From: the human T2T-CHM13v2.0 reference genome, Homo sapiens | Assembly: GCF_009914755.1 (NCBI RefSeq) | Contig: NC_060926.1 | Length of the DNA stretch: 64,000 bases | Direction: 5' to 3' (one strand) | Notes under the pieces: generated by a model | The model's database searches: none | The model's input: the letters and a program-made list of their open reading frames with translations, nothing else | What the model was told of the DNA's origin: nothing | Program-made: the position numbers and the translations under genes | In this document: positions 27,901-43,684 of the stretch, in pieces | Position numbering within the stretch: position 1 is the first letter of the stretch | How the letters are laid out: each line of letters begins with the position of its first letter

Positions 27901-29919
27901 AAAAATCTGTAGCTCAGTTTCATGAACCATTAGCATTCGGATCATTTTTGCTTTTCGCTTTCAGGTCTGGGTGAATGAAAGGGAACCAATCTGCCCACAT
28001 AATGTGAAATGTTTATGGACAACATGAACCAGAATCTTATTGGAGCCCTGTAAAGATAATTTATTAGAAATATTTATTTTGAAGAGCATCTACATTTTAC
28101 TTAAAATGTTTTGCTTGCTCTATATCCTTCAGCTTAGTATTTTTACCCTTACTTTTTGATAACTATCTTTAGGATATGAAAAGTTCTTGTTGAGGGAGAC
28201 ATGAATAATCTAAAATGATTTGACTTGCCATTTAGGAATGGGTTTTAACACAGTATTTCTTTTATTCTTCCTTCTTGCCTAAGCATTGAAAATCATTATA
28301 ATTTACCTGATTGTGAAGTATTTCTTAAATTACATGAGTTTTTGGCAAGATTTCTTATAGTTTTGTTTTTTTATTTTGCTTTTCCCAGTTGAATGAGTTT
28401 TGTTGTTGCACTATTCCCTTTTAAGTGTCTTTGTGTCATAACCAGTAATTGACACAGAAATAATGCAGCAGAATGGACAGTGTATCTGATTCTCTTGTCA
28501 CTTCTTTTCAAATAATATCATGAACTATTCTCATTTCTAGATTTTTTTTAACTTCAAGAAGAACACAATGGTTGTATTCTTAGTGAATCGATAGGTACCT
28601 TGAGGATTCATAGAAAACACAGACAAATGAAAAGGTAAATCATGATCTTAGGTAGAAATATTTAGCCTAGGGAAGATTTCAGTTCTCCTAAGTTAACATA
28701 AATTTATAGTGATTCACATAAAAATATCAATAATATTTTCCTTTGATATCTTGTAAAACCAATTCTGAAGTTGATATTTTCAAATAAATATACTATCATA
28801 TATTAAAATATTAAAAGGTCTTAATAATGAAAACAACATAAATAAATGAATGAAATGTACAAAGGTAGAAATAGAAGCCAATACATATGAGAACTCAATA
28901 TATGGCTAGGTATTATCTTGATTTTTAGAAGGAAGATCAATAGTTTAATATAAATGTTGGTACATGATGGCTATCTAAAAAATTCAATAGCATCAATGAA
29001 CAAGGAAATATTAGGTACACATTAAGAGGAGTAAGTCTATTGAGATTATTTTTTTCCACATTAGATGCTCTCTTAAGAGTAAAACTCATCTCTTAGCATT
29101 TAATACAATTGTAATTTTTACTTTAAGTAAGTTTAAATTAATTAAAAAATTAATTATTCTCTTTCTTCCCCTAGAACATATGCTACATCAGGGCAGGAAC
29201 TATGGATGATTTTGCTAATTGCTTTCACAACCTAATACAGTGCCTTATTCATTGTGGCTCACTCAGTGTTTGTTGAATAAATGAAAATTCATCAAAAAGT
29301 TCCAATTTTTCAGGAGATACTTTGAAGAAAGGAAAAAAAAGTATGAAAATTTAAGTAACTTATTGGGCCTATGTGATATTAACTTGGGGAGAATTTTAAA
29401 GCTCAAATATTTTGATTCATTAGAGCACAACATGAATTAATTACTTCTGATATTTTGGACTCCCTACTCAACTACTCTCTTCCACAAGCTTGTGATTTAT
29501 GAGCTCATAAATGAAAAAAAAATTATTTGCTAGGTATAATTAGTTCTTTTTTGAATGTCAGACATTTTACTGATATCATGACTTTTTTCAAGGTGGATAT
29601 TTTACAGTGGTTTTGCAAAGTCACTCTACAAAATCAGACATTGATCTACAAGACTGACAGGAGTATGTCAGAATATTTAATGAAAAATATTTTGTAGGTA
29701 ACTTAGCTTTTCATAGGAAAATAATTTTTAATTATTCATATCTGAGGTGGGGATATTTGAACAACATGAAAATCACAGTTTGCAAGAGTAGTTACCAACT
29801 TGGGTGAAGGGCATTGATTTTGTATAAAGTAGTGCCCATGATTACCTTAACATTTTCATGTCACTTTTAGATACGACCAACAGAAAAATACGTGAATGAA
29901 TGTAAATATAAAGGACATT

Positions 29920-30279
29920 TGCTATGGACTGAATGTTTGTGTTCACACCAAACTCCTATGTTGAGGTCCTAATCCCCAAAATGAGGATATTTAGAGGTAG
30001 AACCATTCGGAGGTGATTAGATTTAGATGAGCCCCCACCTCCCGCCCCATAATGGGACTAGTGCCTTTATAGGAAAAAGAAGAGAACAGAGCCCTCTCAC
30101 TCTCTGCATGTGAGAATACATACAGCAAGGAGGCAGCCTTCTGCAAACCAGGAAGAGTGACCCTCACAGACACTGAACCTTCCTGCACCTTGATCTTGGA
30201 TTTCTGCCATCGAGAACTGTGAGAAATGTTTGTTGTTTAGCCACCCAGGGTTTTTTTGTAGCCAGAACTGACAAACACA
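29920..30279 (+). mobile_element. MLT1A-type solo LTR
   Basis: TGCTATGGACTGAATGTTTGTGT...GACAAACACA. TSD ACATT / ACACT. Confidence 0.88.
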
Positions 30280-31339
30280 ACACTTACTTTGGTATGTAAT
30301 GGCATATCAGATAGGAATATCTTCATAAGTGTATGAATAATTAGCAGCTCGATGATGTCAAAAGGAAAGCAGCTACTAGCTATTTATTAGTTTGAGCTAA
30401 ACAGGAACTATACCTCTCTGTTGCTGGATTACCTTCCCAGCTCTGATGAGAAAAAATATTCTGTAAGGAAGGAAGAGGAAAAATGGACCCTGGGGAGGCA
30501 CTGATTAGTAGCTACTAAAGCACAGTTCATATTCTGCAAACTCCAGCCATAAAGTTTTATTAAGAACAAACACAGATAGTAGTAAAATGGAGGCTCTGGT
30601 AACTTTATTTAAATAGTAAAGCAGTTATTTGATGACAGACTGCATAAGGAATTTATACAGTCAGAAGAGGTTTTCACATACAATTCTGGCACCCTTATTG
30701 GGAGTAGAATGCATAGGAATAGTTGTCTCCAGGGGGCTGTTTTAATCTTTATTCCATTCTATTGTCATTCAGATTCCAGGTATAGCTAGTGATAAATGGG
30801 AAGGCTAAATCCAAAAAGTAGTCTGGCAAAAGAAGAATGGCAATTTTTGTAATCAATTATTTTGTGTTCCAGATATCTTAGTAATGCTTTCTAAATTTAT
30901 CATCACTTGTCTGACATGATATGAACTGTGAAAGCACATTTCATGCCTCCAAAATATTTTACACATTTTTTTGTTTTAACTTACATTTTCTAGCAAATTA
31001 ATTAAATAGCTGAGTAAATCTGGCTTGAATCGTTGCTTCATTTCATACCACTTGCATTTCATCAGCCATTCACTCCTTTTCATAAGTTTTTCTATAGTCT
31101 GGCAAGTGAATTTTTTTCAAAATAGGGAGAATGATAATGGATTTAATGAAAAATATAGGATTTTAAGGAAGAAATATTAAGTCAGAAATAACTGCTTATG
31201 TGAAAATTTGATGTTTTGTTATCAGGATTTCAAAAACATATTTTGTCATTTACATCATTGCCTAGAAAACATTATAGAATTTCTTGTCCAACTAGTAAGA
31301 GCTTCTGTCATTATCTTTTAACTTCGCTTTTTGTTCCAA

Positions 31340-31515
31340 GTACCCTACAAACATTTTAGATGTAAGTGTAGCACTAGTTATTTCCATGTAGGTGTAACTA
31401 TTCCCTTTTCACAGATGAGTGCACTGAAACAAACATAGTTAATATATTGGCCCAAAGCTGCACAGCTACAGAGTCACAGACCAGGGTATCAAACTCAGGT
31501 CAATCTGACTATCAG
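31340..31515 (-). mobile_element. MIR
   Basis: TTTTCACAGATGAGTGCACTGAA...CCCAAAGCTGCACAGCTA. Confidence 0.6.
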
Positions 31516-31545
31516 ATCCAAAATCCATGCAATGCCTCTCTGTAC

Positions 31546-31698
31546 TGCAGGTTCTTACCAAAGTGTGTTTCAACAACCAGTAATGTCAGCATCACATGGA
31601 CACTTCAAAGCACTTCAGAATCTCAGTCCCCCACCTTAACCTACTGAATTAGAATTTGCATTCTAGTAACATTTCATTAACATTTGGCAAGTACTGCA
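31546..31698. mobile_element. MER5A-like MITE
   Basis: CAAAGTGTG...CAGCATCACATGG...CAGAATCTCAG...CTACTGAATTAGAATTTGCATT. Confidence 0.7.
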
Positions 31699-32219
31699 TT
31701 AAGTCATTTATGTCGTTAAAGAAGAACCTTAGCCCAAAGCATAAAGACATATATTCATTTCTTAATAAATATTCTTGAAAATGTATTTCTACATATAGAT
31801 AGATGATTCCATTAATTTTCCATTAAGTTTTGGATATATTTATTGCTAATGTTTGTTTATCATAGAGAAGTCGCACAATGTTATAAAATGAATTTTAAAA
31901 TTCATTAAGGGGTCTAGTCTCAGCAATGGCAGAGTGCCTCTTAGTAGACAAATCAATGTCAGATAAAATTTATGAACTTGGGATAAGTTACAAAAGACAA
32001 CTACATAAAGAACCATTGGAACAAACAACTGTAGGCAAACACTGGGTGATAGGTTTCAACTTAAAAAATAACATGTGCTGATTGCGATCTGTGTTTCTGT
32101 GGCTTTTGTTCTGGGGTCACTCCCCAGTCTGCAGCACGAGTTGTTTGGAAAGAGGCAAAGAGCTTCAATATCATTGGCTTGGAGTTTCAGAGGAAGGGTT
32201 TGTGGCAGATCCACACTGC

Positions 32220-33411
32220 AAAAAATAATGAAGGAAATCCTTCAGTATGAAGAAAAATGACACCGAGTAGAAACAATGCTCTAGAAAAAGGAATAAAGAG
32301 CACTAGAAATGATAATATGTGGATAAATATAGAACACTACTATTTTTTCCTCGTATATCTTTAAAAGATAAACTAAGCAAAAACTAAAATTGTGTATTGT
32401 GGGGTTTAAAAGTTATATATATATACACATATATACATCTATCTATACACATACACATATATACATATATATATCTGATATATGGAATTATACTGCCCAA
32501 GCTTCTTAAAATTTCCCTGAAGATATATAATAACTCTAAGTAGACTATGGTAATGATAAATATTGCAAACAGTAGCAATGCTTCTAGATGAAAAGTGATA
32601 AGGAGGTAGAGTTAAAAGGAGTTAAAACATACTACCTAAAGTTAATTATATAAAAATGAATCAGTATAGGAGTAACAAGAGAAGAGAAGAACAGATAGAA
32701 CAAATATAAAAATATTGCAAGTAAAATATACTTAAATCCAAGCATATCAATGAGAATGTCATATGTAAATGGACTAAATATTTAAAGGCTGAGAGTCAGT
32801 ATAGATAAATGTAAAAAGCAAGCCCCAACTATGAGTTGTCTAAATGAATCCTATTTTAAAATAAACAACATATATTGAAAATAAAAGCATTGAAAGGATT
32901 CACTATGCAAATATTAGAACACAAGAAAGCTAGTATAACTATACTAATACAAGACAAAATAGACTTCAAGACAAGAAATGTTTCCAGACATCAAAAGTAT
33001 AATTTCATCCTGATCAAAAATTTTGTATTGATCAAAATGTCAATACATAAATAAGACACAAAAATTATAAATACATATTACCTAATAAAAGAACTTTAAA
33101 ATACATGAAGTAGAGACTGACAGAATTAAATGGATAAATAGATCTACAACAGTTGATGATTTTAACAGCTTTCTTTCAAAAATTGGCAGAAAAATTAGAT
33201 TAAAAAATCAGTCAAGAATCAAAAAGATTAAACAACACTGCTGAACAACATAACCTAATTGACATTTGTGGAACAATACTTCAAACAAGTACGGAATAAT
33301 CATTTTTTCAAGTGCATATAGTATATTCTCTAAGATATACCATATAGTGGGTCATAATATAAATCTAAATAAATCTCAAAATTGAAATCTAATAGACTAT
33401 GTTCTGTGACC
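32220..33411 (+). mobile_element. Old L1M fragment: ORF1 end, spacer and decayed endonuclease domain
   Basis: ATGTAAATGGACTAAA (NVNGLN), AGACAAAATAGACTTCAAG (DKIDFK), TTTTCAAGTGCA, TTCTGTGACC (FSDH-like). Confidence 0.8.
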
Positions 33412-33465
33412 TCCAGCCTGGCGATAGAGCGAGACTCCTTCAAAAAAGAAAAGAAAAGAAAAGAA
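33411..33465 (+). mobile_element. Alu 3'-terminal fragment with (GAAAA)n tail
   Basis: CTCCAGCCTGGCGATAGAGCGAGACTCC. Confidence 0.85.
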
Positions 33466-33586
33466 ATTAGAACTTTTGGTGTATTTGGGGGACAAAGATA
33501 AATTGTAAGGGGTCAACAGTGGATTTTCTGGAGTTATATGAATGTCCTACATTCTAATTAGTGGCTACATAGGTATAAATATTTAA

Positions 33587-33919
<333 letters not shown>

Positions 33920-36656
33920 TTAATTGTACACTAATACCCATATCCATGCATTTTAGTGTATACTAAAAACTATCCTTTCACTATTGTTGTAGACAAAGCC
34001 TTGACTGTCCCAGATAGATAATCTTTGATATTATTCCTCAGTAATGTGGAATATGAGAACTGGAAGATAAGCTTTCTATCTAAATATCCAGGTACCCCCA
34101 GTCCTACTAGGCCCAGATCTGCAATGGTGAGGTCTTTTCTGTTACATAAGCCAAATCAATATCCTGATGCTATCATTGTTCATATCTCCTTGTTATCTGG
34201 TTTCCTCTCTCCCCCTTATTGTTATGTGTGAAGGCAAGTCTATTCTTTTATCTAAGACCAACTTCTCTAGCTGTGGCATTTCTTCCACTCTCCCATTCTG
34301 TGTTATCAGCTGAAATGTGTTCTATCTGTCTTGTTTCTTGCTTTGCTACTTTTTTACTTCTTTGGGGGAGTATAATAAATGTTTTCTATTATTCCACTTT
34401 TTCTTCTAATAGCTTTTTAGCTGTTGTTCTTTTTAATGTTTCTAATGTTTACTGGAGTAGTCACAAAATGCAACTTCAAATTATTTCAGTCTACTTGGAA
34501 TTAATATTATATCATTCCCTACTTAATACCTGACACTCCCAATTTCCCACTTCACAAACGTAAGAGCCTTACAACAGTATAACTTCATATGTGAACACCC
34601 ATCCATTGTGCTATCTTTGTCTTACTTTTTGCTTCTGCATATGTCACAGCCCCTGTCTTACAGTGTTATTCTTAAAAAAACAAAAACAAAAAAACTAGCC
34701 ATTTCCGTTGTAAGGAACTCAAGGACAAAAAAAGGATAATCTATACATACCCACTATATACCATTTCTGGGGCTCTCCATTTCCTCCAAGACTTAAGTTT
34801 CCATATGCTATCATTTCCCTCATGTAACATTGTTAGCAATTCTTGATGTGAAAGTCTATGGCAATGAATTATCTCAATGTTCATTTACCTCAAAATATTT
34901 TGTCTTCGGATGCATTTTTCAGGTTTATTCTAGAAAGCTACAACTTGTTGAATGATTGTATTTTTCAGCATTTTAAAGATGTATTTTTATTTTCCTCTTG
35001 CCCCAGTAATCAACCATTGCTCATATGATTGTTTTCCTGAAAGCAATGTGTGTTTGCTCTGTTGGTATTTTTTTTTCCTCTTGCTACTTTCAAGATTTTT
35101 GCAAAATCCTTTTTTTAAAAAGTTTGGCCATGATGTACTTAGCTGTCAGTGTGTGCATGTGCAAGCATTTGTCTTGCTTGAACTTTGCTGAGCTTGAAAT
35201 AAAGTTTCTTGTCAATGGTTTTCAAATTTAGAAAATTTTCAATTATTAGTTCTTCAATATTTTTTCTAACCCATTCTCGCAGTCAGCATTTTCTAGTTTA
35301 TTCCAATTACAAATCCTTTGGACTACTTGACATTATCTCATAGGGAGACTGCTTATATTTTCCCCAACATTTTTAAATGAAAATCATCAATAAAAAATTT
35401 GGAAGATATTTATAGTGAACCATTAAATATCCATCATATCAATTGTACTGTTAACATTTTACTGTATTTGTATTATCATATATCTCTCCAACCCTCTATC
35501 CACCCTTCAGTTCACTTTATATTTTAGTAATTTTTTCCATTGAATCTAAACTAAAAAGAGTAACAATGAAGAGATTTAAACTTCTACTGCAAACAACAAA
35601 AACTGGGAAAAGGTATAAAAAAATGATTCTGAGGCATTAGAGTTCAGGCAACAAAGGGAAGTAATCACAAAGATGGAGAGGGGAATAAGTGAAGTAAACC
35701 TTGCTGTTTTTCCAGCTTACTGCCTGCAGAAAATTACCAGGACCTGGTACAGAAGATAGCAATTTTCATAATTCATAGGGTATCAAGTAATATACTCAGA
35801 AATGCATTGCCTCAAGAATGGGGCAAAATTAGCCTCAAACTATTACTAGCTTTAAACTTACATATTCTGTATAAGAAAGCTTTCTCTATGTCTAAGTCAT
35901 AAAGATATTTCCTCTTTTTAATACAAATTTACAAGTATAAATTTTCCATTTAAATTTATAATTCAAGTCTAATTAATGTGTGTATGTTTGCATGTGTGTG
36001 ATTGTGTTTATGTGTTCATGAAAGTAGTCAAAATTCATTTCTTTCTATACAGATTTTCTGTTTTTCCAATATTATTGTTCAAAAATATTCTTCGTCTCAT
36101 CATGTTGCATTGGCGCTTTTGTTGAAATTAAATTAAGTGACCTGAAAGTGTGTATTTGTTTATTTGCACTCTATTCTGTTTCACTAATCTATTTTTTAAT
36201 ATTCATGTCACTACCACTGTCTATTTTTATTATAGATCTACAATAAGTAATCAATCAGGCATTATAAAGCCTCAGACATTTTTATTCTTTTTCTTCAAGA
36301 TTGGTTTGAATATTACAATTCCATAGAATTCACATATAATTTTAGAAGTAGCTTATAATTTTAGAAGAGCTTGGGGAGACTGAGGCTAGGGTTGTGTAAA
36401 ATTAATATATTAGTTTGGAGAGAATTGACAACTTAATAATATTGAGACTTCCAAACCATGAACATAGTATATCGTTCTATTTATTTATTTATTTTTAACT
36501 TTCAGCAATGGGTAGCAGTTTGTGTGAAGTCTTGCACATATTTGTTGAATATATTTACAAATGCTTTATTCTTTTGGGATATTTTTGTGAAAGAAATTGC
36601 TTCATCATGTTTATTTTTCACTTATTTCCTGTTTGTATATAAAAAATAATTTTTCT

Positions 36657-36941
36657 AGCCAGACATGGTGGCTCACGCCTGTAATCCCAGCACTTTGAGA
36701 GGCCAAGGCAAGGATCACTTGAGCCCAGAAGTTTGAGACCAGCCTGGGCAACACAGTGAGATCCTGTCTCTACAAAAAATTAAAAACTAGCCAAGTGTGT
36801 TGGCAAACACCTGTAGTCCCAGCTACTCAGGTGGCTAAAGTAGGCAAATCCCTGAGACTGCAGTGATCTGAGATCATGCCACTGCATTCCAGCCTGGGCA
36901 ACTAAATAAATGAGATATCATCTTTAAAAAAAAGAATAAAA
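36657..36941 (+). mobile_element. AluJ with short right-arm deletion
   Basis: GGATCACTTGAGCCCAG...CCTGGGCAACACAGTGAGA. Confidence 0.9.
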
Positions 36942-37305
36942 GCTTTTCCATATTATTCTTCTATCCCATGACCTTGCTAAATTAGTGTATCACTCTAGGA
37001 CTTGTTTTGTTGATATCATAGGAATTTCTACATGACAAATTTTGTCACCTACTGTCAGTTTTTATTTTGTACAGTTAATCTTTATGCCTTTTTTCATGGA
37101 ACATGGTTCATAATAATCTATTTTAATTGGGAAAGATACATTCAAATATCAGTATTATCTTTGAGCTTCTATGAGTACCTGAATGAGAGAGAGAGCATTT
37201 TCAATTGGCTCTAGGATACCGTGTGTCTGTCTTCCCAATTAAGGTTAACTCTAGTATGGTAAAGTAAATCAACACTTGACTAGAAACTGGCTGTGTTTCC
37301 TTTTC

Positions 37306-37342
<37 letters not shown>

Positions 37343-38367
37343 TGCTTCAGTAGCTAAGGCCTCAAGTATAATTGTTACTGGCCTGGTAAAAGTAAGCATT
37401 CTTGCCTGGTCCCAAATCTTAGGAGAAAGCATTCAATATATCACCATTAAGTAAGATGCTAAGAGTAGGGTTTTTTTTTTAGAGATACTATTTATCAGAC
37501 TAAAAAAGTTCTTTTTTATTCTTTGTTTCTGCAACGGTTGTTTTTACCATGAATAGTATTAAAATTTGGTCAAATGTTTTTCTGCATTCATTGAGATAAT
37601 GTAATTTATCTTCTATATGTTATTAATCTGATGAATTGTATTGACAGCTTTTTTAGTCTTAAGCAAACCTTGCATTTTAAAGATAAATTATACCTGGTTA
37701 TGACGCATTTGCCTTCTTATACATTGATTAATTTCGATTGCCAATATTGTAAGCATTTTCACAACTATGTTTTCAAAGCATATTGGCAAATGGTTTTCCT
37801 GCATCTTTTCTTGGTTTGTTATTAGGATAATGTTGGCCTAAAAAGTGAATTAGGAATTTTTTCTTTCTCTTCTATCTCTGGAAGAGTTGGTTTGAATTGA
37901 GATTATGTAATCCTAAATTTTTTTCAAGAAAGACTGGAATTTTCCTTGTAGTAATGTGCTTAATTACAAATTCAATTTTTTAAATACATATAATATTGTT
38001 CAAGTTAACTATTTCTTCTCAATAAGCTTGGCAATTTGTGTCTTTCAAGAAATTTAGCCATTTTTTCTGCTACAAATGCCTTAGAGTTTTTATTGAATTT
38101 CCACATATATTTTTAATATACATAGCTTCTTTTTCAATAAAGAAGCTCACTTTTGAACCTAGTATTGGTAACTTATAACTTTCTTTTTTTCTTGATTACT
38201 CTAAGAGTTTTTATAAATAAGTTTTGTTGATATTTTAAACCTTGTTTCTTATGGACAGAGTAGTTGGGTCATGCTTTTTAAATCCATTCTGACCATCTCT
38301 GTCTTTTAATTGGATAATCTAATCCATTAACATTTATTGTAGTTATAAATTTTAATGCAGTTACTAA

Positions 38368-38706
<339 letters not shown>

Positions 38707-39083
38707 TAGTTATTGGTATGACTGGAATAACAACCAGCATTTGATTATTGGTTTTCTATTTGTCTCATTTTTTTTTCTTTTTCCTATTCTGCCTTCTTTA
38801 GGATTAATTGAAAATTTTTAGAATAACATTTTAATTTACTTATTGGCTTTTTGGTCATGCATTTTTTCAAATGTTTAGCACTCTCTCTAGTGATCTCACA
38901 GTACATCCTTAACTTTTTCACAACCCACGTATGGTTAATATTATACAATTTCATGTAAAATATATACTCTTAACAAGAGTATTAGTATGTTTACTGCCCT
39001 CCAACTTGAACACTTGTATTTGCAGTATATGTTATATTTATGTATATTTTAAATCTTGTAGTGTAGAACTATTTGCTTTAATT

Positions 39084-39830
<747 letters not shown>

Positions 39831-42800
39831 ACACTTAGATATACTTTAAATAAGATGAAAACATATTTGTGTTTTCTCATACTCTTCTTTCTTTCCTAAA
39901 GTTCAAAGTATCCATTAACTCGTTTAACTCATAGTTTCTTTTAACTCAGCTTTAACAACTTTCTTTAGCATTTTCAGTGTAGATCTGCTAGGCATCACAT
40001 CACATTGTCCTAGTTTTCTTTTACTTGAAAATGTCTTTAACATTTTTCTTGAAGGATATTTTCAATGAACATAGAATTTTGGATAACTTTTTCTTTTTCT
40101 TTCGATATTTTAAAGGTTCTTTTTCACTCTTTTTAAATCTCCATTATTTCTGATAAAGAGATATTCATAACTTCAATTGTTCTTCCTTATGCAATTTGTC
40201 AATTTTTTCTAAGTGCATCAGGTTTTTAATTTATCTTTGGTTTTCAGCAAATTGTAATATGTTTAGGTACAGTTTTTTTTTTTAAAAAAAAAACAGTCTG
40301 GGTTAATATTTACTGAACTTCTTGATTCTGTAAAATTTGATTTTTCTTCCAATTTTTAAATTTTTGGTACCAATTTCTTCAAATATTATTTTCTGTCCCT
40401 TTTTTTCAACTTCTAGAAGACATATGTATTTTACCACTTTTGATATAGTCCCAGGGAAGACTAGACCTCTATCATGTTTTTTTATTAATTTTTAATTCTG
40501 TTCTTCAGATTTAAAAATTCTTAATCATCTATTTTCCAGCTCAGTGGCTTTTTCCTCCCTTATGTCTATTTTGCTCTCAGCCCCTCCTTGAGTTTACTTC
40601 TAATTTAGATAATAAATGTTTTGGTTCTATAATTTCTATTTTGTTCTTTTCCACTGTTTCTTTTGTCATTCCCTCATCCTTTGCTATTTAAAAGCACATT
40701 TTCTTTTTGTTCCTGTACATAAACTACTTTAAAATCCATGCACGCAAATTCCAACATCTGTATCATCTCCATTTCTACTGACTATCCTATAATTCTTGAA
40801 GCCAACAACATGGTAGATTTTTCTATTAGAGTTTTATTGTCCCTGCATGACAGAGATTACAACTCTCCCTCTTACTAAATGCTGTTAAATTGTGAAACAT
40901 GCCCAGAACCATCCCCGTCTACCAAATGCCAATATACTAGTGCTGGCTGTTTGAGTCTTGGCTATTTTGATCCACTTTCTGGTGCCTTCAGTTAGGTGGC
41001 TTTTGCTGTTGCTATTGTTTCATATTTGTATTTTTCCAGAGCTATGTTTTTTATCTGGGGGAAGTTTGATTCAATATGAGCTACTTGGCTATAATCGAGG
41101 GTTGGTTTTTAAAAAGTTTTTTTCATCTGTATTGTATAATCCTATTGATCTATCTTTAAGTTTACTAACCCTTTCTCTGACATTTCCAATATAATTTTTA
41201 ATTCTACCTGGAGAAATTTTATATCATTTATTATAATTTTTCATTCAAAAATTTACATGTGATTGTTTTGATAGATTATATTTCTTTCCCAAGTTTTTGT
41301 TTCTTGTCATTTATTAAGATTTATTTCACATTAAAATTTTAATTATAGTTTTAATAGTTGCTTTAGATTTTTGGCCTTTTAAATCCAACATCCAGGTCAT
41401 CTCTGGGACTGTTTCTATTGACTATTACTTTGTATATCTAGATTACTACCTAATTAGACATTTTTGTTGGTATGCTATAGACACTTAATTCTGTTTTCTT
41501 CTTCTGAAAAGTGTTCATTTTTATTCTAGCAGTTAGTCAATTGATGGCTGATCTCTTTGAGTTTTTGTAGTCTTGACTTCATGCTTTGTGGAAGGCCAAA
41601 GTGTGTACCAACCTTTCTAAATTTGACAAGGATCACACTCTAAATTCTGTCTTTTCTATGGAGAAGTTTGGTAATTGTCCCAAGACAAAGAGCCAGGGGA
41701 GACATGGGACTCATCTCATGAGTTCTCTTTTTACAAATAGTTCAATGTTTTGCCAAATGTAGAATGACTATGATTTATTGTTATATATTTTGTACATGCT
41801 TTTAATCGTGTATGCCACAATGACAGTCTGGTGCTAATTATGCCACATGAACAAATGAGGAAGTCCCTATTGGTTATCTTGAAACTCTCCTTCTTTGCTA
41901 GTTCCTTCAACCAGTATTTAAATATTGTCATGTCTCTCACCAAAGAAAGCAAAGAAACACAGCCCTTAAAACCTCTTATTTCTCTCATCTCCCACCCAAT
42001 TTCTCCACTTTGCTGCATAGCTAACCTTATTAAAGTTTGTTCAAGATGGCCATCTCAACTCTTACAATTCCCATTCATTCATTATTATACTGTAATATGA
42101 CTTACAGCTCCACTAGAAGACTGCAAGAGGACAATTTATCAATTGGTTTCTTGTCACTAAATGACAGGGAAATTATTCTACCAAGTCTTCAAAAAGAGCA
42201 ATTTTACTCTCATATTTCAGTTTTCTACAAGGTGTCTCATATTTTGTGGGATTATCTGGTTTATTTAAACAAAATGTTTCCTTTGAAGAAGACACAGTAG
42301 CCTAAAATAACTTCAATCAGTACTAGTTTTGGAGGCTTAGGAGGCTTACAGAAGTCATGTGATAAAATCAGTTAAAAAATGAATTAAAGTTTTCTGAAGA
42401 TATGTTCTTAATTTTAATTTTTGGGTATTTAAAAATAAGTCTTTTAAAGATTACTATAAAATAATATTATAAGACAAAATATAAAGATCACAAATAAATA
42501 TCTGCAGGAAAAAGTATATTTTTATTTAAGATATCATCTTAAGGTTTTTGAATGAATACCTGAGCATCAGAAACATGTTTTAGAAGTGCTGTATCTATAA
42601 GAATTCGGAAGGTACTAAGGATGATATATTAGGGAACTCTTGTTAAATGAAGCAAAATGTGGTTCTAATGATTATGAAAACACTGATATCAAAAATGAAT
42701 GCAAAGAATTTGAATAAAATTGTTTCATGAAATATCAGAGCTGGGCTTCTGTCACTTAAAGTGGAGTTCTGATATTGAGGTTAGAGAATTAGGCAGATGC

Positions 42801-43381
42801 CAGGGCACTCATGTGTTTACAGGCTGGTGAGCTTTTGGCTTTATAAGACTCAATTTGAATTTTACTTTTTTCAAATCAGTTCCAACTACTGTGGCCTTAC
42901 CTTTACCCACAAACCAAGTGTTTACATATAGTCTTACTTATTCTGATTCACTGCTGATTTCATTGAGTATAGCTATTTGCTTATGTGTCATGTAGTCTTT
43001 GGAACTCTTATTGCCAGATATGTCACATCATTCTTTGTTTCCACAACATCCTGCACAAAATTTAGTCCATAATAAAAACAGTGGTTGGGGTAATGCTAAA
43101 CACATACTACAATTCTTTTTTTCCCCTTTGTCATCATTAAAAATGGAAATCAATTAGAATAGCAGTTAAAGCAATTGCAAGTACAGCTTAGTGACCCTAG
43201 CTAACAGACAGGTTGGAGAGAGAGATAAGAAAATAAAAAGTAATCTATACAGTTAAAATAACTTGCAATCATGTGCATCTGCTCAAACATGCCATTGATT
43301 TTTACTTACTAACATTGTCAAAGTGTTTTATTTAGGATTAATACTTTTTATGTCCATAATTACTACAATATCTTAATCTAA

Positions 43382-43684
<303 letters not shown>

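Noticed and set aside
32413-32476. TA/CA-rich alternating tract
   Set aside because: Ordinary low-complexity microsatellite inside an old L1.
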